DNA of 64,000 bases from Nemertoderma westbladi (lineage: Eukaryota > Animalia > Xenacoelomorpha): the NCBI GenBank assembly GCA_032718475.1, contig JAUCBJ010005427.1, forward strand, positions 6,211 to 70,210. The letters run 5' to 3'. The notes beneath the pieces are model-generated. The model had not been told where the DNA came from, searched no databases, and saw only the letters and a list, made by a program, of their open reading frames with translations. The translations under genes were made by a program, and so were the position numbers. Positions 51,401 to 64,000 of this stretch are shown here, one piece after another (position 1 is the stretch's first letter; every line of letters begins with the position of its first letter).

Positions 51401-54400
51401 ATTATAGTATATCGGGTCTGGTGTAGCTAATTATAGTATCTCGGGTCTGGTGTAGCTAATTATAGTATCTCGGTTCTGGTGTAGCTGATTATAGTATCTC
51501 TGGTCTGGTGTATCTAATTATAGTATATCGGGTCTGGTGTAGCTAATTATAGTATCTCTGGTCTGGTGTAGCTGATTATTGTATCTCTGGTCTGGTGTAG
51601 CTAATTATAGTATATCGGGTCTGGTGTAGCTAATTATAGTATATCGGGTCTGGTGTAGCTAATTATAGTATCTCTGGTCTGGTGTAGCTAATTATAGTAT
51701 ATCGGGTCTGGTGTAGCTGATTATAGTATCTCGGGTCTGGTGTAGCTAATTATAGTATCTCTGGTCTGGTGTAGCTAATTATAGTATCTCGGGTCTGGTG
51801 TAGCTAATTATAGTATCTCTGGTCTGGTGTAGCTAATTATAGTATCTCGGGTCTGGTGTAGCTAATTATAGTATCTCGGGTCTGGTGTAGCTAATTATCG
51901 TATCTCTGGTCTGGTGTAGCTAATTATAGTATATCGGGTCTGGTGTAGCTGATTATAGTATCTCGGGTCTGGTGTAGCTAATTATAGTATCTCGGGTCTG
52001 GTGTAGCTAATTATAGTATCTCGGGTCTGGTGTAGCTAATTATAGTATCTCGGGTCTGGTGTAGCTAATTATAGTATCTCGGGTCTGGTGTAGCTAATTA
52101 TCGTATCTCTGGTCTGGTGTAGCTAATTATAGTATATCGGGTCTGGTGTAGCTAATTATAGTATCTCTGGTCTGGTGTAGCTAATTATAGTATATCGGGT
52201 CTGGTGTAGCTGATTATAGTATCTCGGGTCTGGTGTAGCTAATTATAGTATCTCGGGTCTGGTGTAGCTAATTATAGTATCTCGGGTCTGGTGTAGCTAA
52301 TTATCGTATCTCTGGTCTGGTGTAGCTAATTATAGTATATCGGGTCTGGTGTAGCTGATTATAGTATCTCGGGTCTGGTGTAGCTAATTATAGTATCTCG
52401 GGTCTGGTGTAGCTAATTATAGTATATCGGGTCTGGTGTAGCTAATTATAGTATATCGGGTCTGGTGTAGCTAATTATAGTATCTCTGGTCTGGTGTAGC
52501 TAATTATAGTATATCGGGTCTGGTGTAGCTGATTATAGTATCTCGGGTCTGGTGTAGCTAATTATAGTATCTCGGGTCTGGTGTAGCTAATTATAGTATC
52601 TCGGTTCTGGTGTAGCTAATTATAGTATCTCGGTTCTGGTGTAGCTGATTATAGTATCTCTGGTCTGGTGTAGCTAATTATAGTATATCGGGTCTGGTGT
52701 AGCTAATTATAGTATCTCTGGTCTGGTGTAGCTAATTATAGTATCGCGGGTCTGGTGTAGCTAATTATAGTATATCGGGTCTGGTGTAGCTAATTATAGT
52801 ATCTCGGGTCTGGTGTAGCTAATTATAGTATCTCGGTTCTGGTGTAGCTGATTATAGTATCTCTGGTCTGGTGTAGCTAATTATAGTATATCGGGTCTGG
52901 TGTAGCTGATTATAGTATCTCGGGTCTGGTGTAGCTAATTATAGTATCTCTGGTCTGGTGTAGCTGATTATTGTATCTCTGGTCTGGTGTAGCTAATTAT
53001 AGTATATCGGGTCTGGTGTAGCTAATTATAGTATATCGGGTCTGGTGTAGCTAATTATAGTATCTCTGGTCTGGTGTGGCTAATTATAGTATATCGGGTC
53101 TGGTGTAGCTAATTATAGTATCTCGGGTCTGGTGTAGCTAATTATAGTATCTCTGGTCTGGTGTAGCTGATTATTGTATCTCTGGTCTGGTGTAGCTAAT
53201 TATAGTATATCGGGTCTGGTGTAGCTAATTATAGTATATCGGGTCTGGTGTAGCTAATTATAGTATCTCTGGTCTGGTGTGGCTAATTATAGTATATCGG
53301 GTCTGGTGTAGCTGATTATAGTATCTCGGGTCTGGTGTAGCTAATTATAGTATCTCGGGTCTGGTGTAGCTAATTATAGTATCTCGGGTCTGGTGTAGCT
53401 AATTATAGTATCTCGGGTCTGGTGTAGCTAATTATAGTATATCGGGTCTGGTGTAGCTAATTATCGTATCTCTGGTCTGGTGTAGCTAATTATAGTATAT
53501 CGGGTCTGGTGTAGCTGATTATAGTATCTCGGGTCTGGTGTAGCTAATTATAGTATCTCGGGTCTGGTGTAGCTAATTATAGTATCTCGGGTCTGGTGTA
53601 GCTAATTATCGTATCTCTGGTCTGGTGTAGCTAATTATAGTATATCGGGTCTGGTGTAGCTAATTATAGTATCTCTGGTCTGGTGTAGCTAATTATAGTA
53701 TATCGGGTCTGGTGTAGCTGATTATAGTATCTCGGGTCTGGTGTAGCTAATTATAGTATCTCGGGTCTGGTGTAGCTAATTATAGTATCTCGGGTCTGGT
53801 GTAGCTAATTATAGTATATCGGGTCTGGTGTAGCTAATTATAGTATCTCGGGTCTGGTGTAGCTAATTATAGTATATCGGGTCTGGTGTAGCTAATTATA
53901 GTATCTCGGGTCTGGTGTAGCTAATTATCGTATCTCTGGTCTGGTGTAGCTGATTATAGTATCTCGGGTCTGGTGTAGCTAATTATAGTATCTCGGGTCT
54001 GGTGTAGCTAATTATAGTATCTCGGGTCTGGTGTAGCTAATTATAGTATATCGGGTCTGGTGTAGCTAATTATAGTATCTCGGGTCTGGTGTAGCTAATT
54101 ATAGTATATCGGGTCTGGTGTAGCTGATTATAGTATCTCGGGTCTGGTGTAGCTAATTATAGTATCTCGGGTCTGGTGTAGCTAATTATAGTATCTCGGG
54201 TCTGGTGTAGCTAATTATAGTATATCGGGTCTGGTGTAGCTAATTATAGTATCTCTGGTCTGGTGTAGCTAATTATAGTATCTCGGTTCTGGTGTAGCTA
54301 ATTATAGTATATCGGGTCTGGTGTAGCTAATTATAGTATCTCTGGTCTGGTGTAGCTAATTATAGTATCTCGGTTCTGGTGTAGCTAATTATAGTATATC

Positions 54401-57400
54401 GGGTCTGGTGTAGCTAATTATAGTATCTCTGGTCTGGTGTAGCTAATTATAGTATATCGGGTCTGGTGTAGCTAATTATAGTATCTCGGGTCTGGTGTAG
54501 CTAATTATAGTATCTCTGGTCTGGTGTAGCTAATTATAGTATCTCGGGTCTGGTGTAGCTAATTATAGTATCTCTGGTCTGGTGTAGCTAATTATAGTAT
54601 CTCGGGTCTGGTGTAGCTAATTATAGTATCTCGGGTCTGGTGTAGCTAATTATCGTATCTCTGGTCTGGTGTAGCTAATTATAGTATATCGGGTCTGGTG
54701 TAGCTGATTATAGTATCTCGGGTCTGGTGTAGCTAATTATAGTATCTCGGGTCTGGTGTAGCTAATTATAGTATCTCGGGTCTGGTGTAGCTAATTATAG
54801 TATCTCGGGTCTGGTGTAGCTAATTATAGTATCTCGGGTCTGGTGTAGCTAATTATCGTATCTCTGGTCTGGTGTAGCTAATTATAGTATATCGGGTCTG
54901 GTGTAGCTAATTATAGTATCTCTGGTCTGGTGTAGCTAATTATAGTATATCGGGTCTGGTGTAGCTGATTATAGTATCTCGGGTCTGGTGTAGCTAATTA
55001 TAGTATCTCGGGTCTGGTGTAGCTAATTATAGTATCTCGGGTCTGGTGTAGCTAATTATCGTATCTCTGGTCTGGTGTAGCTAATTATAGTATATCGGGT
55101 CTGGTGTAGCTGATTATAGTATCTCGGGTCTGGTGTAGCTAATTATAGTATCTCGGGTCTGGTGTAGCTAATTATAGTATATCGGGTCTGGTGTAGCTAA
55201 TTATAGTATATCGGGTCTGGTGTAGCTAATTATAGTATCTCTGGTCTGGTGTAGCTAATTATAGTATATCGGGTCTGGTGTAGCTGATTATAGTATCTCG
55301 GGTCTGGTGTAGCTAATTATAGTATCTCGGGTCTGGTGTAGCTAATTATAGTATCTCGGTTCTGGTGTAGCTAATTATAGTATCTCGGTTCTGGTGTAGC
55401 TGATTATAGTATCTCTGGTCTGGTGTAGCTAATTATAGTATATCGGGTCTGGTGTAGCTAATTATAGTATCTCTGGTCTGGTGTAGCTAATTATAGTATC
55501 GCGGGTCTGGTGTAGCTAATTATAGTATATCGGGTCTGGTGTAGCTAATTATAGTATCTCGGGTCTGGTGTAGCTAATTATAGTATCTCGGTTCTGGTGT
55601 AGCTGATTATAGTATCTCTGGTCTGGTGTAGCTAATTATAGTATATCGGGTCTGGTGTAGCTGATTATAGTATCTCGGGTCTGGTGTAGCTAATTATAGT
55701 ATCTCTGGTCTGGTGTAGCTGATTATTGTATCTCTGGTCTGGTGTAGCTAATTATAGTATATCGGGTCTGGTGTAGCTAATTATAGTATATCGGGTCTGG
55801 TGTAGCTAATTATAGTATCTCTGGTCTGGTGTGGCTAATTATAGTATATCGGGTCTGGTGTAGCTAATTATAGTATCTCGGGTCTGGTGTAGCTAATTAT
55901 AGTATCTCTGGTCTGGTGTAGCTGATTATTGTATCTCTGGTCTGGTGTAGCTAATTATAGTATATCGGGTCTGGTGTAGCTAATTATAGTATATCGGGTC
56001 TGGTGTAGCTAATTATAGTATCTCTGGTCTGGTGTGGCTAATTATAGTATATCGGGTCTGGTGTAGCTGATTATAGTATCTCGGGTCTGGTGTAGCTAAT
56101 TATAGTATCTCGGGTCTGGTGTAGCTAATTATAGTATCTCGGGTCTGGTGTAGCTAATTATAGTATCTCGGGTCTGGTGTAGCTAATTATAGTATATCGG
56201 GTCTGGTGTAGCTAATTATCGTATCTCTGGTCTGGTGTAGCTAATTATAGTATATCGGGTCTGGTGTAGCTGATTATAGTATCTCGGGTCTGGTGTAGCT
56301 AATTATAGTATCTCGGGTCTGGTGTAGCTAATTATAGTATCTCGGGTCTGGTGTAGCTAATTATCGTATCTCTGGTCTGGTGTAGCTAATTATAGTATAT
56401 CGGGTCTGGTGTAGCTAATTATAGTATCTCTGGTCTGGTGTAGCTAATTATAGTATATCGGGTCTGGTGTAGCTGATTATAGTATCTCGGGTCTGGTGTA
56501 GCTAATTATAGTATCTCGGGTCTGGTGTAGCTAATTATAGTATCTCGGGTCTGGTGTAGCTAATTATAGTATATCGGGTCTGGTGTAGCTAATTATAGTA
56601 TCTCGGGTCTGGTGTAGCTAATTATAGTATATCGGGTCTGGTGTAGCTAATTATAGTATCTCGGGTCTGGTGTAGCTAATTATCGTATCTCTGGTCTGGT
56701 GTAGCTGATTATAGTATCTCGGGTCTGGTGTAGCTAATTATAGTATCTCGGGTCTGGTGTAGCTAATTATAGTATCTCGGGTCTGGTGTAGCTAATTATA
56801 GTATATCGGGTCTGGTGTAGCTAATTATAGTATCTCGGGTCTGGTGTAGCTAATTATAGTATATCGGGTCTGGTGTAGCTGATTATAGTATCTCGGGTCT
56901 GGTGTAGCTAATTATAGTATCTCGGGTCTGGTGTAGCTAATTATAGTATCTCGGGTCTGGTGTAGCTAATTATAGTATATCGGGTCTGGTGTAGCTAATT
57001 ATAGTATCTCTGGTCTGGTGTAGCTAATTATAGTATCTCGGTTCTGGTGTAGCTAATTATAGTATATCGGGTCTGGTGTAGCTAATTATAGTATCTCTGG
57101 TCTGGTGTAGCTAATTATAGTATCTCGGTTCTGGTGTAGCTAATTATAGTATATCGGGTCTGGTGTAGCTAATTATAGTATCTCTGGTCTGGTGTAGCTA
57201 ATTATAGTATATCGGGTCTGGTGTAGCTAATTATAGTATCTCGGGTCTGGTGTAGCTAATTATAGTATATCGGGTCTGGTGTAGCTAATTATAGTATCTC
57301 GGGTCTGGTGTAGCTAATTATCGTATCTCTGGTCTGGTGTAGCTAATTATAGTATATCGGGTCTGGTGTAGCTAATTATAGTATATCGGGTCTGGTGTAG

Positions 57401-60400
57401 CTAATTATAGTATATCGGGTCTGGTGTAGCTAATTATAGTATCTCTGGTCTGGTGTAGCTAATTATAGTATATCGGGTCTGGTGTAGCTGATTATAGTAT
57501 CTCGGGTCTGGTGTAGCTAATTATAGTATCTCGGGTCTGGTGTAGCTAATTATAGTATATCGGGTCTGGTGTAGCTAATTATCGTATATCGGGTCTGGTG
57601 TAGCTAATTATAGTATCTCGGGTCTGGTGTAGCTAATTATAGTATATCGGGTCTGGTGTAGCTAATTATAGTATATCGAGTCTGGTGTAGCTAATTATAG
57701 TATATCGGGTCTGGTGTAGCTAATTATAGTATCTCGGGTCTGGTGTAGCTAATTATAGTATCTCGGGTCTGGTGTAGCTAATTATAGTATCTCGGGTCTG
57801 GTGTAGCTAATTATAGTATATCGAGTCTGGTGTAGCTAATTATAGTATATCGGGTCTGGTGTAGCTAATTATAGTATCTCGGGTCTGGTGTAGCTAATTA
57901 TAGTATATCGGGTCTGGTGTAGCTAATTATAGTATATCGAGTCTGGTGTAGCTAATTATAGTATATCGGGTCTGGTGTAGCTAATTATAGTATCTCGGGT
58001 CTGGTGTAGCTAATTATAGTATCTCGGGTCTGGTGTAGCTAATTATAGTATCTCGGGTCTGGTGTAGCTAATTATAGTATCTCGGGTCTGGTGTAGCTGA
58101 TTATTGTATCTCTGGTCTGGTGTAGCTAATTATAGTATATCGGGTCTGGTGTAGCTAATTATAGTATATCGGGTCTGGTGTAGCTAATTATAGTATCTCT
58201 GGTCTGGTGTAGCTGATTATTGTATCTCTGGTCTGGTGTAGCTAATTATAGTATCTCGGATCTGGTGTAGCTAATTATAGTATATCGGGTCTGGTGTAGC
58301 TAATTATAGTATATCGGGTCTGGTGTAGCTAATTATAGTATCTCTGGTCTGGTGTAGCTAATTATAGTATATCGGGTCTGGTGTAGCTAATTATAGTATA
58401 TCGGGTCTGGTGTAGCTAATTATAGTATATCGGGTCTGGTGTAGCTAATTATAGTATATCGGGTCTGGTGTAGCTAATTATAGTATATCGGGTCTGGTGT
58501 AGCTAATTATAGTATCTCGGGTCTGGTGTAGCTAATTATAGTATCTCGGGTCTGGTGTAGCTGATTATTGTATCTCTGATCTGGTGTAGCTAATTATAGT
58601 ATCTCGGATCTGGTGTAGCTAATTATAGTATATCGGGTCTGGTGTAGCTAATTATAGTATATCGGGTCTGGTGTAGCTAATTATAGTATCTCTGGTCTGG
58701 TGTAGCTAATTATAGTATATCGGGTCTGGTGTAGCTAATTATAGTATATCGGGTCTGGTGTAGCTAATTATAGTATATCGGGTCTGGTGTAGCTAATTAT
58801 AGTATATCGGGTCTGGTGTAGCTAATTATAGTATATCGGGTCTGGTGTAGCTAATTATAGTATCTCGGGTCTGGTGTAGCTAATTATAGTATCTCTGGTC
58901 TGGTGTAGCTAATTATAGTATCTCGGGTCTGGTGTAGCTAATTATAATATCTCGGGTTGGTGTAGCTAATTATAGTATCTCGGTTCTGGTGTAGCTAATT
59001 ATAGTATCTCGGTTCTGGTGTAGCTGATTATAGTATCTCTGGTCTGGTGTAGCTAATTATAGTATATCGGGTCTGGTGTAGCTAATTATAGTATCTCGGA
59101 TCTGGTGTAGCTGATTATAGTATATCGGGTCTGGTGTAGCTAATTATAGTATATCGGGTCTGGTGTAGCTAATTATAGTATATCGGGTCTGGTGTAGCTA
59201 ATTATAGTATATCGGGTCTGGTGTAGCTAATTATAGTATCTCGGGTCTGGTGTAGCTAATTATAGTATATCGGGTCTGGTGTAGCTAATTATAGTATCTC
59301 GGGTCTGGTGTAGCTAATTATAGTATATCGGGTCTGGTGTAGCTAATTATAGTATCTCTGGTCTGGTGTAGCTAATTATAGTATATCGGGTCTGGTGTAG
59401 CTAATTATAGTATATCGGGTCTGGTGTAGCTAATTATAGTATCTCGGGTCTGGTGTAGCTAATTATAGTATCGCGGGTCTGGTGTAGCTAATTATAGTAT
59501 CTCGGGTCTGGTGTAGCTAATTATAGTATCGCGGGTCTGGTGTAGCTAATTATAGTATCTCGGGTCTGGTGTAGCTAATTATAGTATCTCTGGTCTGGTG
59601 TAGCTAATTATAGTATCTCGGGTCTGGTGTAGCTAATTATAGTATATCGGGTCTGGTGTAGCTAATTATAGTATCTCGGGTCTGGTGTAGCTAATTATAG
59701 TATCTCTGGTCTGGTGTAGCTAATTATAGTATCTCGGGTCTGGTGTAGCTTATTATAGTATATCGGGTCTGGTGTAGCTAATTATAGTATCTCGGGTCTG
59801 GTGTAGCTAATTATAGTATCTCTGGTCTGGTGTAGCTAATTATAGTATCTCGGGTCTGGTGTAGCTAATTATAGTATATCGGGTCTGGTGTAGCTAATTA
59901 TAGTATCTCGGGTCTGGTGTAGCTAATTATAGTATCTCGGGTCTGGTGTAGCTGATTATTGTATCTCTGGTCTGGTGTAGCTAATTATAGTATCTCTGGT
60001 CTGGTGTAGCTAATTATAGTATATCGGGTCTGGTGTAGCTAATTATAGTATCTCGGGTCTGGTGTAGCTAATTATAGTATATCGGGTCTGGTGTAGCTAA
60101 TTATAGTATCTCGGGTCTGGTGTAGCTAATTATAGTATCTCGGGTCTGGTGTAGCTAATTATAGTATCTCGGTTCTGGTGTAGCTAATTATAGTATCTCT
60201 GGTCTGGTGTAGCTAATTATAGTATCTCGGGTCTGGTGTAGCTTATTATAGTATATCGGGTCTGGTGTAGCTAATTATAGTATCTCGGGTCTGGTGTAGC
60301 TAATTATAGTATCTCTGGTCTGGTGTAGCTAATTATAGTATCTCGGGTCTGGTGTAGCTAATTATAGTATATCGGGTCTGGTGTAGCTAATTATAGTATC

Positions 60401-62613
60401 TCGGGTCTGGTGTAGCTAATTATAGTATCTCGGGTCTGGTGTAGCTGATTATTGTATCTCTGGTCTGGTGTAGCTAATTATAGTATCTCTGGTCTGGTGT
60501 AGCTAATTATAGTATATCGGGTCTGGTGTAGCTAATTATACTATATCTGGTCTGGTGTAGCTAATTACAGTATATCGGGTCTGGTGTAGCTAATTATAGT
60601 ATCTCGGATCTGGTGTAGCTGATTATAGTATATCGGGTCTGGTGTAGCTAATTATAGTATATCGGGTCTGGTGTAGCTAATTATAGTATATCGGGTCTGG
60701 TGTAGCTAATTATAGTATCTCGGGTCTGGTGTAGCTAATTATAGTATCTCGGGTCTGGTGTAGCTAATTATAGTATCTCGGGTCTGGTGTAGCTTATTAT
60801 AGTATATCGGGTCTGGTGTAGCTAATTATAGTATCTCGGGTCTGGTGTAGCTAATTATAGTATCTCTGGTCTGGTGTAGCTAATTATAGTATCTCGGGTC
60901 TGGTGTAGCTAATTATAGTATATCGGGTCTGGTGTAGCTAATTATAGTATCTCGGGTCTGGTGTAGCTAATTATAGTATCTCTGGTCTGGTGTAGCTAAT
61001 TATAGTATCTCGGGTCTGGTGTAGCTAATTATAGTATCTCTGGTCTGGTGTAGCTAATTATAGTATCTCGGGTCTGGTGTAGCTAATTATAATATATCGG
61101 GTCTGGTGTAGCTAATTATAGTATCTCGGGTCTGGTGTAGCTAATTATAGTATCTCGGGTCTGGTGTAGCTGATTATTGTATCTCTGGTCTGGTGTCGCT
61201 AATTATAGTATCTCTGGTCTGGTGTAGCTAATTATAGTATATCGGGTCTGGTGTAGCTAATTATAGTATCTCGGGTCTGGTGTAGCTAATTATAGTATAT
61301 CGGGTCTGGTGTAGCTAATTATAGTATCTCGGTTCTGGTGTAGCTAATTATAGTATCTCTGGTCTGGTGTAGCTAATTATAGTATATCGGGTCTGGTGTA
61401 GCTTATTATAGTATATCGGGTCTGGTGTAGCTAATTATAGTATCTCGGGTCTGGTGTAGCTAATTATAGTATCTCGGGTCTGGTGTAGCTAATTATAGTA
61501 TATCGGGTCTGGTGTAGCTAATTATAGTATCTCGGGTCTGGTGTAGCTAATTATAGTATCTCGGGTCTGGTGTAGCTAATTATAGTATCTCTGGTCTGGT
61601 GTAGCTAATTATAGTATCTCGGGTCTGGTGTAGCTAATTAAAGTATCTCGGGTCTGGTGTAGCTAATTATAGTATCTCTGGTCTGGTGTAGCTAATTATA
61701 GTATATCGGGTCTGGTGTAGCTAATTATAGTATCTCGGGTCTGGTGTAGCTAATTATAGTATCTCGGGTCTGGTGTAGCTGATTATTGTATCTCTGGTCT
61801 GGTGTAGCTAATTATAGTATCTCGGGTCTGGTGTAGCTAATTATAGTATCTCGGGTCTGGTGTAGCTAATTATAGTATATCGGGTCTGGTGTAGCTAATT
61901 ATAGTATCTCGGGTCTGGTGTAGCTAATTATAGTATCTCGGGTCTGGTGTAGCTAATTATAGTATCTCTGGTCTGGTGTAGCTAATTATAGTATCTCGGG
62001 TCTGGTGTAGCTAATTATAGTATCTCGGGTCTGGTGTAGCTAATTATAGTATCTCGGGTCTGGTGTAGCTAATTATAGTATCTCTGGTCTGGTGTAGCTA
62101 ATTATAGTATCTCTGGTCTGGTGTAGCTAATTATAGTATCTCGGGTCTGGTGTAGCTAATTATAGTATCTCGGGTCTGGTGTAGCTAATTATAGTATCTC
62201 GGGTCTGGTGTAGCTAATTATAGTATCTCGGGTCTGGTGTAGCTAATTATAGTATCTCGGGTCTGGTGTAGCTAATTATAGTATCTCGGGTCTGGTGTAG
62301 CTAATTATAGTATCTCGGGTCTGGTGTAGCTGATTATTGTATCTCTGGTCTGGTGTAGCTAATTATAGTATCTCGGGTCTGGTGTTGCTAATTATAGTAT
62401 CTCGGGTCTGGTGTAGCTAATTATAGTATCTCTGGTCTGGTGTAGCTAATTATAGTATCTCTGGTCTGGTGTAGCTAATTATAGTATATCGGGTCTGGTG
62501 TAGCTAATTATAGTATATCGGGTCTGGTGTAGCTAATTATAGTATCTCGGTTCTGGTGTAGCTGATTATAGTATCTCTGGTCTGGTGTAGCTAATTATAG
62601 TATATCGGGTCTG
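42454..62613. repeat. 20-kb 29-bp satellite TAATTATAGTAT(A/C)TC(G/T)GGTCTGGTGTAGC, about 695 copies
   Basis: Periodicity seen directly; variation concentrated at a few positions; block duplications present. Confidence 0.99.
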
Positions 62614-63699
62614 TAAAAGCCTTTGCTGAATTGCCCCGTTATTTTTATTATCTTTTACATTAAAATACTCTGTAGTTGATTTAATAAGTGTAAGAGACCG
62701 TATTATTACTGTATCGGTGTTTTTAGAGGATCTAAGACTTATTTCCTCCGTATGTGTATTGTGAAAGGTATATTTTATGATTCTATGGCAATTTGTGACG
62801 CAAAGGAGTGATAGCTACTCTTGAACAGTAGTTACTATGACTACGGTTAACAGCTGACATTCATACGTGTTGATTTCCTTTGTTCTACGGCGTCTCTCAG
62901 CTCAGTCAGCCAATGAGAGCGTTTTTGTGGCTCCTTGTACAGAGAATTTCCGAGAAATGACGAAATGCCTATGTGCAGTGTTTATCATTCAGTCTTGAGC
63001 CAAAGAAAGAACGGCTTAGAAATATTTTGTGCTGTACTGCTTTTTAGTCGTACACTGGTAGGTTTAATTATAAAGGGCATATATCCTTTAACTGCAAACT
63101 GACTACTTGAATATCTCATGCCTATGTGCAGTGACATACCGGTACTGACTTGTTGTTTTATACTGCTATTTGCTGTCAGTTCTTCATAATATGGTTGATG
63201 AATAATTATATTTGGAATAACGATAAATAACCCCGCAACCCAATATTCTTGATATACCGAAGGTAAGAGAGAAAGGTTACCAATAACGATTGTGACTTAT
63301 GTTAAAGTGGTTTGAAGTGAATCTAATGTTATTTGATAGACCCTACATGAGTCAGCCTGTGTTCCTTTTATATGTGACTAAAATCAGTGAAGATTGGCAG
63401 ATTAGTGTGCAGTATTGTGCAGCATAGTGTATGAGTGAGTCTGTTAAAGAAGCAATTCCTAAAGAATGCGCCATATATGTGGATTATAATTAAGCCATAT
63501 CGTTGCGAGTAGTTTAAGTCATAACTCTGTTTATGTAGATAAAGCGCCACGTCCTAAAGGAACTGTTAATATTACCGAAGGTGAATAATATTGTCAGAGA
63601 TTATATAATACTGTCAGTCGAATAATACATTAGGCTTACATAGCAATACAAATTAAACCGTCGAACCCAATCTCCCGGGAATATCCAGCGGGTGAATGG

Positions 63700-63830
63700 T
63701 CGCGCACGGATTGGTTTCGACTAGTGTAGTGAATCAAATACTTGTCATAGACTAAAAAGCAGATTTATTATCTAGAAGACATTCTAATTTGGCGGGTTAA
63801 ACTGCCAAAGGTCTGAAAGCGCGAACATTA
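63700..63830. promoter_or_regulatory. Possible promoter: reverse CCAAT and an E2F-like site
   Basis: GATTGG near 63709 and TTTGGCGGG near 63788 in a CpG-containing patch; motif match only. Confidence 0.2.
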
Positions 63831-64000
63831 AAGGATATAGCTTCTTTATTGCAGTAAGCAATAAAGTCGAAAGTACCGGTCGACCGGTAACCAGTAGGCC
63901 TGACTGCCTGATCATCCGGACCGGTACCTACAGCAGTATTATTCGATTTTGATAGTTATATACCGGTAGGCCTTAATAATTAATCAGGGAGGGCCCGCCC

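Overview
AT-rich invertebrate animal DNA, about 65% tandem repeat from roughly nine unrelated families. Genes: the last three coding exons of a YAP/Yorkie (Hippo effector) gene on + (3021-3360, 3527-3817, 10105-10239), an intronless type II membrane fibrinogen-domain gene on - (22384-23322), and an intronless CYP2-clan cytochrome P450 on + (35632-37092). Transposon remnants include a decayed L2/CR1 LINE, an RTE LINE with TSD, a hAT MITE (8-bp TSD), a MULE-like element (9-bp TSD), an internally deleted piggyBac, a foldback element, a palindromic MITE and a probable tRNA-SINE. The main observation is that several satellites can be traced to their source: a 42-bp array is 14 codons of LINE reverse transcriptase amplified in place about 100 times, a 37-bp array is an amplified MITE end, and others lie inside MULE, piggyBac or foldback elements. 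Several arrays also abut RNA-processing positions: branch-point-like CTAAC arrays end at YAP acceptors, an AATAAA array follows the fibrinogen-domain gene, and a giant hairpin starts 14 nt after the CYP stop codon. All calls come from reading the sequence; no searches were run.
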